Shown one piece after another: positions 17,801 through 27,012 of a stretch of DNA of 64,000 nucleotides; the first letter of the stretch is position 1, and every line of letters begins with the position of its first letter. The translations under genes and the position numbers were made by a program. The stretch lies in the IMG/VR virus record IMGVR_UViG_2706795240_000001, positions 1 through 64,000 of that record. One strand, written 5' to 3'. This DNA comes from a virus (Duplodnaviria; Caudoviricetes). Below the pieces are notes generated by a model. That model ran no database searches. It saw only the letters and a list, made by a program, of their open reading frames with translations, and had not been told where the DNA came from.

Positions 17801-20800
17801 CCTTGGCAAGGGTCTTATGGATGGAATCAAGAATCTTGGTGGAAGCATCAAGAGCCTTATGGGCAGGATGGGAATTACTTCTGCTCGTAGCTTTGGGTCC
17901 GCAATTGCTAGAACGCTTGGCGGAAAGGGCGGTCTGATTGGTGCTGCGATTGCATCAGTTGTTTCCGGCATCGCATTTGCATGGGACGATATCAAGAAGA
18001 TTACCCAAAAGGTCTTTGGCGGGGATTCAAATGTTCCCCTTTTGGCGCGTCCTTTCGTGTGGGCCGTTGAGGTAATCGTTGCTGCTGTTAAGAAGCTGCC
18101 TGACGTAATTGTGGCGGTTTTCCAGGGAATCGTTAGCTTTATCACTAAGGCTGCGAAGAAAATCTACGAGGCATTTAGCTACATTAACCCGTTTGCGCGT
18201 CACTCACCTTCCCTGGTTGAGAATGTGACAAATGGTATGGCTATCGTCACCAGTATTTTTGGTGACGCTTCACGTTCGATTCAGCAGGATATGCGTAATG
18301 CATATGGTGCTATCTACAAGTTCGGTAGTGCAACTGCTGGCCTGAATATGAAGGCCGCAAATATCAAGCGCGATGACGACCTCGGTGCAATAAAAAAGGC
18401 TGATCCTTCTGGCGCAGCAACAAAGGGTTATCTTGAACTTGAGCGCAACGCCAAGAAGCTCGAAGCTAATTCTGTTCGTCTGAACGCGGCATTGCAGAAG
18501 CAGCAGCGAATTGTTGATGCCCTGTCGAACAAGGTGAAGATTGCTGATCGCAATATCGATCAGATGCAGAAGACCATGGAGTCTTTGCAGAAGATTGCAG
18601 ACGCAACCGGCAAGGCTCTTGATTATGCAAAGGAGCAGCTAGAGTACTACGCGAATGCCCCAATTAAGGGTATGCGCGCAATGTCTGACGCTATTTTCGA
18701 GAACGAAATGGCACAGAAGCGTCTACAGCTTGAAATGATGAAGCTGGAAGATGCTGGCGGTAGCATTGATGAAATTACGGATAAGTACGCACGTTTGCAG
18801 GGGCAGATTGAAACCCTGTCCGGCCAGCGTGCGGACCTCCAGCAAAAGGGTGCTGGTAGCGATATTCTTGCCACTTACGACAAGATGATCGCTGATCTTA
18901 AAGCCCAGCAGGGCGCTGCAATTTCCAGCGGACCCGCAAAGGAAATTGAAGAACTGAATAAGTCGCTTGATGATTTGAAGCGCAAGGGTGAAATGCTCGA
19001 CCTTGAGAATTCTCTCAAGTTCGATCCGCTTACGCGACAGATTGATCAGCTCGTAAACACAGAGAAAGAGCTTGACTTCTCGACCATCGTTACCGGTGTG
19101 ACAACCTATAAGGCGCAGGTCGAAGGTCTGACGATTGCAAATAATCTTGCAACCGGCGCTGTTCAGGCTCAGCAGGCTGCAATTGATGCCGCGTCCGCAA
19201 GTCGCGATGCGCTTAATCAGCGGTTGACTCTTGAGCAGGAAAAGCTCGATGGAATCAAGTCTGTTTACGATCAGAATCAGCAGGCCATTACTGACGTACG
19301 CGCAGCAATGGATGAGCTTGTCTCTTCTGCTGGCACGGTTAATCAGAAGATGGAAGAGGTTGCCCAAAAGGCCAAGGATGCCGCCGATAAGGCTGGTGAG
19401 CTTGGTGACAAGTTGGGCGAGCTTGGTGATGCGGATATTGAGGCACCAGACCTTAGCGAGGTTGGTAATTCTCTTGACGACATGATCAGCGACATGGAAA
19501 AGAAGTTTGAGGGCGCTGGACTTTTTGATGGTCTTGGCGAAAAAATCAAGAACTTCTTTGGGGGATTGCCAGGTAAAATTGGCGGATTCCTCGGTAAGGC
19601 CATGGGTGTTATCTGGGACTTCATTAAGAAGCTCCCCGGCGAGCTGGTGCGAGGTATTTCGTATCTGGCAGGCTTCCTGGTTGGCGCAGCCGCGAAACTC
19701 GTCGTGGCTATTATAGTCGGCCTGTACAAGCTGAGCGGAAAGATTGTTGAACTTGTAGACAAGGCTTTTGGATGGATTTGGGAAGTGGGAATTCCCAAGC
19801 TGTGGCAGAAGCTAAAGGACATTGACTGGGGCGGAATGCTGGCCGGTATTTTCACTGGCGAGACATGGGCAAAGCTGGCAATCGCGCTCTGGGATGCCGG
19901 GGTGTGGCTGATCAAGGGCCTGTTCAACGGCATTAAGAGTATGCTGACCAATGTTTGGGACTGGGTCTTTGAAAATATCATCAGGCCAATCATTGACGGC
20001 GTTCGGGACGGCTTTGGTATTGCATCCCCGTCGACGGTCTTTGCCGAAATTGGCAACTGGCTGGTGGAGGGCCTTCTTAAGGGGCTTGTTGACAATATTG
20101 TCAAGGTCTTCACCTGGTTTATGGAGCTGCCTGCAAGGGTTATCACCGCAATTGGAGACTTGGCTGGATTCCTTGGGCGAAAGTTTGGCGAAGCAATTCA
20201 ATGGGTTCGCGATCGACTTCCCGAATGGTGGGAGAAGATCAACAACTTCTTCGGCGGAATTCCCGGAAAGGTTGGCGAACTTCTTGGTGGAATTGGTCGA
20301 GCAATTGGCGACAAGTTCAAGGGTGCCTGGGATTGGGTTTCCAGCAAAATGGAAGACTGGGCGCGCCCGGTTGTGGACTGGTTTAAGCGACTCCCGGACC
20401 TTATCGGAGGAATCTTCGATACGGTCAAGGAAAAGCTCAAGACTCCGATTAACTTTGTTATCGGAACTGTCTACAACAACGGTCTCCGTAAGGTCTGGAA
20501 TAATACAGCTGGCAAGGTTGGTCTTCCGGAAATGGGAGAAGTCCAGCAGCTCGCAAAGGGCGGAAGCGTCGGCAACCGCATAGTCGGACCGGGAACGGGT
20601 ACTAGTGACTCTATTCTCACGACCGCAAAGCCGGGTAGTGAGATTTTCACTGCTCGTGAAGTTGCTAACGCTGGTGGATTTAAGGCACTGGAATCGCTGC
20701 TCGGTCGGATGGGTGTCCGGTCGTTTATGAGCAGCGGCACCGGTGGAGTTCCTGTTGCTCTTAGTAATGGTGAATTCCGTCTTGATCCGACGCAAATTGC

Positions 20801-23800
20801 GCAAATTGGTGGCAGCGCAAAGGTTAAGCAGCTTCGCGCTCAGCTTGCCGCTGGTAATGTTCCTGGTCATGATGTTGGTGGCGATATTATGGACGTCGTT
20901 ACCGGATCGATCAGTAATGTGAAGCAGGGTGCGAAGAACGTTGCGGCATTTGGTGTCGATAAGGCGCTTGATGCTGTTGACGCCCTGATTCCGGATATGC
21001 TGACGCCTCCCGGTGGAGACATTGGCCGTTACCCGCAAAAGGTTTTCGATACGTTCCGCGAGAAGATCATTAATGCGCTTAAGGGTGCGGATGATGTTAA
21101 GCGGTCTGGCAAGAAATTGAATGCGCCTTCTGTTCGGAAATCCGGCTTTGCAACTGGTGGAACCATCCCGTCAACAACCGGCGGAACTGGCGCTACGCCT
21201 TCGACCGCCGATACGTCTACCGGCGCGTCGGCGGCGGCTCCTGGAATTGACCCGGCAACCGGTGCCGGTCTCGTGGAGTCCGTTACCGGCGCAACAGCGG
21301 CGGCGCAAGCAGTCTGGCAGTCGTATTACGCGGCAATTGAGGAAGAACAGCTTACAAATGCAACAACAATGCAGGCTCAGCAGCTTACCGCTGATACTGC
21401 AATGTTGGCGCAGCAGACGGCCACCATCGCCACAATGCAAACTGCGAGCGCGTCTTTCCGTGCCAGCGAAATTGCAGCAGATGCCGCGTATCAAACGACT
21501 CTTGCTGCTCAGGATTTGGCAAGTAAGACCCTGCTGAATTCGCAGCTTGCGACTTTTGTTTCAGCGCAGACCACTCAGTGGGCCGCGTTGCGAAAGTCGG
21601 TTGTGGATACTGCAACCGGAATGAATGCCGACGTTAGCAATCAATTCGAGCTGCTTTCGGAGAACATTCGTAGAACAATTGAAGATGGAATCAACCCGAC
21701 CATCGGTTCGCTGGAGGAATTGCTGAATCGAACGGTTGGCTGGTTTGAGGCTGCATCCAATGATATTGGTGCAATGTGGAGCCAGACTGTTCCGAAGGTT
21801 CAGGACCCGACTCGCGTCATCATTAACGACGTTTACAATAATGGAGTTCGTGTCGCGTGGAGCAAGGTTCATACTTGGCTCGATTTGCCAGAGCTTGACC
21901 AGTTCGTTGCGCCGTTTGCAAAGGGTGGTCAGCTTGGGCCTGAGGGCATGGTTTCGGTTAACTCGCTGAGCAACCCGAATAGCCCGAAGTCCGTGAAGAA
22001 TGGTGGTCCACTTAGGGCCGCTAGCTCGTCGCGAGATTCAACACTGTTCGCTGGTATGCGTGGCGAGTACGTGATGAACAGGAAGATGGTTCAGGGTGCC
22101 GGTGGTATTTCTAACCTGGAGGCATGGCGCAAGGCCACGCTTTCTGGTCGAAAGCCCATCGAGACCGGCGGAACGGTCAATTTCGATGCAGTGCCAGGAT
22201 TCGCTTCTGGCGGTGTTCTCGGAATGGATAAGCGTCCAGAGAACCAGGCCCTTCCCGGCGTTATTCAGGAAGTTCCGGAACGTCTTCGTCCGTATTACAA
22301 CCGCACGTATGACTACGGCGGTGGCGGTCAGCCTGGTCGTGGTTATGACTGCTCGGGCTGGACTGGTGCCGTTCACCAGATTCTTACCGGCGGAAGTCAT
22401 GTCGGTCGAATTTGGTCCACTGAGGTTAATTTCAGTAGCTACGGCTATAAGCGAGGCAATGACGGATACTGGTCGATGGGCGTTCATAACGGCGGCGGCG
22501 GAATGAGTTCGCACACCGCAGGAACGCTCGCTGGCGTTAACTACGAGTCGGGCGGCGCACACAATACGTCCACATGGGGTGGACCTGCCGCCGGTACTAT
22601 TAACCCGCAATTCGAGAATCAGTACTACCTCCCCAGCTTGGGTGGTAAGTTTATCGGAACGCCGGGTGGCGGTGGCGCAGTTGCCATTACTCCGATGCTT
22701 CTCGAAATGTGGGACAAGGAAATGACTCGCGTCAAGGAGGGCATTTCCGGACTCGCGTTTGGGGGAACTATTGGTCAGAATCCGCCTAAGGCATACGATA
22801 AGTTCAATCTTCTCCGTGGGGTTATCGAGAAGAAGGGCAAGGAAAAGGACGCTGCCGCTGCCGCATCCGCAGCAGCTAATTACGGTCAGGGTCCGGAAGG
22901 TTCGTACGGCGGTGGCGTGGAGCGCTGGCGCTCGGTTGTTCATGACGCGCTCGCTCGCGTTGGACAGCCGAAGAGCCTGGACGAAATTACTCTTCGTCGC
23001 ATGAACCAGGAATCGCGCGGCAATCCGCGAGCGATTAACCTGTGGGATTCAAATGCTGCACAAGGAACTCCATCAAAGGGCCTTATGCAGGTTATCGATC
23101 CTACATTCCAGGCTAATCGCGACCCGTCTTTGCCGAACGATATTTGGGACCCAATGGCGAATATCGTTGCATCGATGCGCTACACGCTCGGTCGTTACGG
23201 TTCGCTTCCGGCTGGTTATGGTCGAGCTGGTGGATATGATTCCGGCGGCTGGCTGGAGCCGGGTCTCACGGCGGCGGTTAATGCAACCGGCAAGCCTGAG
23301 GCTATTCTCACGAATACCGACTGGAAGGCCGTTTACAAGGCCGCAATGAAGCCGACGCTTTCCATTGACGATATCGCCAATGGATACGCAAAGGGCATGG
23401 CAAAGGTATTCGGGTTGAATACCGACAAGGAGGTTCAGAAGTCGATTCAGGGCGCAACAGAGGTTGCTCTCCAGGGTCAGAATTCTAAGTGGAATCCGAT
23501 GGTTGTTGACGCAACCGAAGATGTTAAGGCAGAGGCAACAAAGACGACCGAAGCTGTCTATAAGGTGACAGATACGGTTAAGGGTACTGGAAATATCATG
23601 ACCGGTATTCTCGGGGCAACCGAGGATAACAAGAAGGTTCTTGATCAAATGCTCGCGGTTATGAATGCGGGTGCCGGTACTCTTGGTCAAATTGGAGCCA
23701 AGTGGGTTAAGGGCGAAGACGGCAAGGAAGGTAAGTGGGAATATAACGTCACCTTCGGAGCCTTCGCGCCGCTGATCGAATCGATAGCCGGACTGGTCGA

Positions 23801-24419
23801 GAACCTTCCGGATGCAGAGCCGACATATGTTTCTTGGGCTGGTACTAACCGAGAAGTTACCAAGGAAATGCAGCGCGAAAAGCAGATGAATGATCTTGCT
23901 AATAGCTCTAAGGGCTTGTATTACGCCTTTAAGACTATTGCGCCTCCGGTTCTCAGGAGCACGGCAAAGATTGGTGCTGCAATTGAGACGCTGGTTCAGC
24001 AAGACGGTGAAGCATGGGCGATGATTTCGGCGCAGCTTGCGGCAGGTAATCCTACGGCTTATCTTGCGGCGGCGGTGCTTTCGCTCAAGGCTATTCTCAC
24101 TATTCTGCCGCTGGTTATCGAGGCAATCATGTCGATTGGTCCTGCAATTATTGAGTCGCTGATCGCGTACTTCACTAAGTTTGAACCTGACTCGGTCTAT
24201 GCGTATGGTACTTATGAGGCAGCTAACGATGCTGTTGTCAAGAACCAGAACGCGATTCGGAATGGAGCCACCGGCCCCGTTTTCGAGACCCCTTCGGTTC
24301 AGCAGGAACAGCAGAGCTACAATTTCAATTTCTACGGAGATGTTGTGGTTCCGAATGTCACTAATGAGTCCGGCGTCGATACGCTGGTCGGTAACCTTCT
24401 TGGATTGGCAGGTGTCTAG
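14859..24419 (+). CDS. Tape measure protein with NlpC/P60-like and lytic transglycosylase domains
   Basis: 3186 aa, Ala-rich helical. TP901-like core, hydrophobic segments and Trp/Phe-periodic repeats. YDYGG...YDCSG...HTAG (~22300-22640) and NQESRGNPRAINLWDSNA...KGLMQ...ASMRY (~22915-23205). Confidence 0.95.
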   Translation: MTPAELRILVTVRSAEAKKSLDGLRLMMGKIAAQTTLASTEMKAFNGVVASSVAPLKSSSAAAADLAAHLALIGKSKAAATLSGIDASASKAQRSVGLLGKNATTAATGLKAINTGSQNAAVGINRLNKSSAGIERLGTVFKGTATGVRSLNTALNQNTVSSARAVGGLNSASAAAERAAAAATASATGFSSSAAAMGAMGAAGAVAGRAATAATTGAAAGAAAQGTFAQRLAGTSEALRKQGSRAQWAGRQISMMFTAPVALAIGMGAKWQLDLEKQQTQLAKVYGRIGEDQDALGVETQKLNKYFRLLSDELGNSQEEITSIGAAWAQAGKSGAALAEYTRLTTEAMILGDITADQAQQSMTALSLQWNLGAKASKITATEFMNMKDAIAAINVASNETQVSYADLLQVMGQAGSIARTSGASFKETLAMATSITRVTGNAAKTGNALKSILTNALKPPKGGGTEWMKKLGVDLESVEGRALTSSQRIEVLAENLSKLDQQGQVEAIGSMFTKWQINAFAQLGKDIRQARIQLLGWSKDITGSERAAQGLYDSMTRALGSPMQSRAAQNAFKGLEIDIKAADYQSMNANARFIRLADSMRGMDEQARKVKLEQIFGPANVGALDKLVQKTNENTEALGNYNREIASTGDKAKNLEQYKKELDKFLESNPQKFKIAGTMMKNALMDVAVILLPYILALAKSIAKMAQAFANMNPTLQKVVIGFLVFLALVGPLAILIASFKVLFGVLGGGMAKLIGFFTVTSTSATGATTSLFRFSAAGRAAARANKAAAAEIAGSSKVGFGAAAKSAMTSARTTVREFATGAKAAAASWKAGIRGIPVSTRINGAQTAAVQTQNNAIMLARINGGMAAIRAAQARGEQARISTIRLYGNLAAIEQSMGMKKQAAAVTAGGAGVVAAQKGVGAAQVAAAGKSGTAAGAAAGAGAARGMKGKLPGILGILATVLFFIPPSWFKAGGDAAKSLGKGLMDGIKNLGGSIKSLMGRMGITSARSFGSAIARTLGGKGGLIGAAIASVVSGIAFAWDDIKKITQKVFGGDSNVPLLARPFVWAVEVIVAAVKKLPDVIVAVFQGIVSFITKAAKKIYEAFSYINPFARHSPSLVENVTNGMAIVTSIFGDASRSIQQDMRNAYGAIYKFGSATAGLNMKAANIKRDDDLGAIKKADPSGAATKGYLELERNAKKLEANSVRLNAALQKQQRIVDALSNKVKIADRNIDQMQKTMESLQKIADATGKALDYAKEQLEYYANAPIKGMRAMSDAIFENEMAQKRLQLEMMKLEDAGGSIDEITDKYARLQGQIETLSGQRADLQQKGAGSDILATYDKMIADLKAQQGAAISSGPAKEIEELNKSLDDLKRKGEMLDLENSLKFDPLTRQIDQLVNTEKELDFSTIVTGVTTYKAQVEGLTIANNLATGAVQAQQAAIDAASASRDALNQRLTLEQEKLDGIKSVYDQNQQAITDVRAAMDELVSSAGTVNQKMEEVAQKAKDAADKAGELGDKLGELGDADIEAPDLSEVGNSLDDMISDMEKKFEGAGLFDGLGEKIKNFFGGLPGKIGGFLGKAMGVIWDFIKKLPGELVRGISYLAGFLVGAAAKLVVAIIVGLYKLSGKIVELVDKAFGWIWEVGIPKLWQKLKDIDWGGMLAGIFTGETWAKLAIALWDAGVWLIKGLFNGIKSMLTNVWDWVFENIIRPIIDGVRDGFGIASPSTVFAEIGNWLVEGLLKGLVDNIVKVFTWFMELPARVITAIGDLAGFLGRKFGEAIQWVRDRLPEWWEKINNFFGGIPGKVGELLGGIGRAIGDKFKGAWDWVSSKMEDWARPVVDWFKRLPDLIGGIFDTVKEKLKTPINFVIGTVYNNGLRKVWNNTAGKVGLPEMGEVQQLAKGGSVGNRIVGPGTGTSDSILTTAKPGSEIFTAREVANAGGFKALESLLGRMGVRSFMSSGTGGVPVALSNGEFRLDPTQIAQIGGSAKVKQLRAQLAAGNVPGHDVGGDIMDVVTGSISNVKQGAKNVAAFGVDKALDAVDALIPDMLTPPGGDIGRYPQKVFDTFREKIINALKGADDVKRSGKKLNAPSVRKSGFATGGTIPSTTGGTGATPSTADTSTGASAAAPGIDPATGAGLVESVTGATAAAQAVWQSYYAAIEEEQLTNATTMQAQQLTADTAMLAQQTATIATMQTASASFRASEIAADAAYQTTLAAQDLASKTLLNSQLATFVSAQTTQWAALRKSVVDTATGMNADVSNQFELLSENIRRTIEDGINPTIGSLEELLNRTVGWFEAASNDIGAMWSQTVPKVQDPTRVIINDVYNNGVRVAWSKVHTWLDLPELDQFVAPFAKGGQLGPEGMVSVNSLSNPNSPKSVKNGGPLRAASSSRDSTLFAGMRGEYVMNRKMVQGAGGISNLEAWRKATLSGRKPIETGGTVNFDAVPGFASGGVLGMDKRPENQALPGVIQEVPERLRPYYNRTYDYGGGGQPGRGYDCSGWTGAVHQILTGGSHVGRIWSTEVNFSSYGYKRGNDGYWSMGVHNGGGGMSSHTAGTLAGVNYESGGAHNTSTWGGPAAGTINPQFENQYYLPSLGGKFIGTPGGGGAVAITPMLLEMWDKEMTRVKEGISGLAFGGTIGQNPPKAYDKFNLLRGVIEKKGKEKDAAAAASAAANYGQGPEGSYGGGVERWRSVVHDALARVGQPKSLDEITLRRMNQESRGNPRAINLWDSNAAQGTPSKGLMQVIDPTFQANRDPSLPNDIWDPMANIVASMRYTLGRYGSLPAGYGRAGGYDSGGWLEPGLTAAVNATGKPEAILTNTDWKAVYKAAMKPTLSIDDIANGYAKGMAKVFGLNTDKEVQKSIQGATEVALQGQNSKWNPMVVDATEDVKAEATKTTEAVYKVTDTVKGTGNIMTGILGATEDNKKVLDQMLAVMNAGAGTLGQIGAKWVKGEDGKEGKWEYNVTFGAFAPLIESIAGLVENLPDAEPTYVSWAGTNREVTKEMQREKQMNDLANSSKGLYYAFKTIAPPVLRSTAKIGAAIETLVQQDGEAWAMISAQLAAGNPTAYLAAAVLSLKAILTILPLVIEAIMSIGPAIIESLIAYFTKFEPDSVYAYGTYEAANDAVVKNQNAIRNGATGPVFETPSVQQEQQSYNFNFYGDVVVPNVTNESGVDTLVGNLLGLAGV

Positions 24420-24421
24420 TA

Positions 24422-27004
24422 ATGGGTAGATATTACTGGCGACCCAATGTTGCGGCAGCCGTAGATTACGGAAATGTCGATACTGACGGAAGCGGAACAG
24501 TATTGGGGGATAACTCTGATTCTACGCGAAAGAAGTATTTCGATGACTCGGGTTCAATCCTTACCTTTAATCTGCCCTCCCCGTCGGTGATCCCACTCGG
24601 TCGCGAAATTATCGCGGTCCGAGTGGGTCACCGGCAGGTGAATGATCTTCTGCTTTTTAATGGCTGGCCGCGTAGCTACTTGCGTATTAATGGCAAGGCT
24701 CAGGCAAATACGGTCGCATACAAGCAGGACGGTTATTCCGGTTCCGCTCGTGAGATTCTTGGTGCAGCTCTTTATAACAAGAATCTTGCTCCGTGGAGTT
24801 GGGCAGACTGTGACACAATGGGCGCAGAGACCGGTGCAGCCAAGGGTGAAATTGGTCCCAATAAGGGCAATCGCTGGTGCATCGCAACCGAGGTGTTCAT
24901 TCAGCTTGTTTATAACGATCCCGTGCCAGTTCCATCGGCACCCTACCCGGCGAATAATGAAAACATCAACACGAGTTCTGTTCAGTTTTCTGCTAAGGCC
25001 CCTGCGTCTCAGAGTGAACAGCCAGTACGCACAGTTTTTCAAGTCAGTAGAGTTAACACTTTTGACGACGATGATGTTCGCACTTTTGTTGGTGGCTTGA
25101 ATGATAAAACTGCATCCGATTCTCGAAGCTATTATGTCAGCGATCCGCTGGCAGGCGACGGATCGAGCTACACAAATCTCGGACCTGGTACTTGGTTTAT
25201 GCGTATCAAGAACCGAGATTTCCGTAACTCGGAATCGGCATGGGGTGCCACAACATCTTTTAATATTGTTCACGGACCTTTGCCTGGTGCGACGCTTATC
25301 GATCCTGTTCGAGACAGTGTAATCAACTCTCCGTATAAGATGCGTGGCGCTCGAATTGCAACACAGCCTCAAGGTGGCCGAAGGGTCGGTGTTACGTGGC
25401 AGTTTGCAACGGATGAAAATTTCACCGAGAACGTAGTTCAGTGGACTAATTCATCCGGCGGAACGTTCGTAGCAAATGTCGACAACCCGTTCGATATTTA
25501 CTACGACCCTAAGCCAAGGCCGGAAACGGAAAGCGGCAAGCATGGTCCGACTGTGGGTGTTGACGATCCGACGCAATATCTAAAGCAGGGCATCTGGTAC
25601 GGAAGGGTGCGAGCCACCGATGTATATGGACAGTCCGGCACCTGGTCGGGTTCGCTTCCATTTACAGTGACTCATCCCCCGGTTCCGAGGGATTTGATTC
25701 CAACCGGCGGCGTGTCATTTGACCAGGCGGAAGCTCCTGTTAAATGGCAATTTGGTGATCCGTGGACAGAGGATTATCAGACTAGTTACCGTATGCGCGT
25801 GTACGACCAGAGTAATAACCTGGTGCAGGATACGGACAAAACGGTTTCCGGTTTGTCCAGAGCTACAATGTCCGTCCCTGGCACTCTGCATCGACAAATG
25901 CTGACGATCGCAGTTGATATCTGGGATGCGGATGATATTCCGTCGGCCTCGGTCAATCAGTTGGTCGGCATCTGTCGTTTGAGCACCGCGCCGCAGACGA
26001 CGCTTACGTTCCCTGGAATTGACGAGACCATTGTTTCTGGTCAGCCTAATTTCACCTGGACTAGCGTGTTCGCCGCTGCCGGTATCATGCAGAAGAGTTT
26101 TCAGATCAAAGTCAAGGAAATTGCCACCGGAAAGCAGGTGTACGATTCTGGCGTTATAATTACGTCTGCCGAATCACATATGCCGACCAGGCCGATCTTG
26201 AAAAATCTGTTTGGCTACCAGGTCGCACTTACTGTTGTTGATTCCGAGAATCTTGGCAAGACGATCTATCAGAATTTTGCTACGAATTTCGAGCGTCCAG
26301 AGATTGTGGTTGCAACTGAGGATCATTCGAGTTATATGTCCGAAGGATATGTAACGGTGAATTGGCCCTCAGGCAATCCCGATCCATTCTTCAAGGAATG
26401 GCGCATTTATCGGAAGCGTGCTGATGAAACTGATGATCAATACATTCTTGCAGGTGTTGTTAATGACAGTAGCGTGAAGACGTTTGATGATTGGTTGATC
26501 GCAGGAAACGATAACTTCGTTTACTCGGTCGTTCAGGTTGCGTATCGATTCGGCTCTCCGGTTGAATCGGAACACAACCCCACAGCCCAATTCTATGTAT
26601 ATTCGGAGAATTACTGGCTCATCGTTGAGGATAAGCCTGAGCTGAATATTAGGGTTGCAATCTCTGCGGATCGGTACACCGACAACAGGGAAATGGCTGA
26701 CTACAATATCATCAATGGTGGTCGTCGTCGTGCATATGGTACCAAGTACGGCAAGTCCGGTAACCTGACAGCAAAGATTCGACACTCGAATGGAATGTCG
26801 GCAAGCATGTTTATTCGCAAGATGGGCATGGTCGCAGACAATAACCACTCGGTTTACATGCGTGATCCATTTGGTGGAGTGACGCTAATTGGATTGGGTG
26901 AGCTGAGCTTTGATCGGCTTGCCGGTGTCGGCGAAAGTGAATACGGGGACCTGGACATTCCATACATTGAAGTTGGTAGGCCCGACTTTAATGTTCCGCA
27001 ATAG
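24422..27004 (+). CDS. Minor tail protein (distal tail-like with Fn3/Ig-like repeats)
   Basis: First gene after TMP. Repeated beta-rich modules (YGRVRATDVYGQSGTWS, YRMRVYD, YQVALTV) and C-terminal YMRDPFG. Confidence 0.7.
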   Translation: MGRYYWRPNVAAAVDYGNVDTDGSGTVLGDNSDSTRKKYFDDSGSILTFNLPSPSVIPLGREIIAVRVGHRQVNDLLLFNGWPRSYLRINGKAQANTVAYKQDGYSGSAREILGAALYNKNLAPWSWADCDTMGAETGAAKGEIGPNKGNRWCIATEVFIQLVYNDPVPVPSAPYPANNENINTSSVQFSAKAPASQSEQPVRTVFQVSRVNTFDDDDVRTFVGGLNDKTASDSRSYYVSDPLAGDGSSYTNLGPGTWFMRIKNRDFRNSESAWGATTSFNIVHGPLPGATLIDPVRDSVINSPYKMRGARIATQPQGGRRVGVTWQFATDENFTENVVQWTNSSGGTFVANVDNPFDIYYDPKPRPETESGKHGPTVGVDDPTQYLKQGIWYGRVRATDVYGQSGTWSGSLPFTVTHPPVPRDLIPTGGVSFDQAEAPVKWQFGDPWTEDYQTSYRMRVYDQSNNLVQDTDKTVSGLSRATMSVPGTLHRQMLTIAVDIWDADDIPSASVNQLVGICRLSTAPQTTLTFPGIDETIVSGQPNFTWTSVFAAAGIMQKSFQIKVKEIATGKQVYDSGVIITSAESHMPTRPILKNLFGYQVALTVVDSENLGKTIYQNFATNFERPEIVVATEDHSSYMSEGYVTVNWPSGNPDPFFKEWRIYRKRADETDDQYILAGVVNDSSVKTFDDWLIAGNDNFVYSVVQVAYRFGSPVESEHNPTAQFYVYSENYWLIVEDKPELNIRVAISADRYTDNREMADYNIINGGRRRAYGTKYGKSGNLTAKIRHSNGMSASMFIRKMGMVADNNHSVYMRDPFGGVTLIGLGELSFDRLAGVGESEYGDLDIPYIEVGRPDFNVPQ

Positions 27005-27012
27005 GAGTCAAA

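Noticed and set aside
252-24002. Many long antisense ORFs over the structural genes (e.g. 5082-5987, 13861-14541, 19812-21038, 22038-22943, 23073-24002)
   Set aside because: They fully overlap well-supported + strand genes, lack motifs and RBSs, and are expected shadows of biased codon usage.
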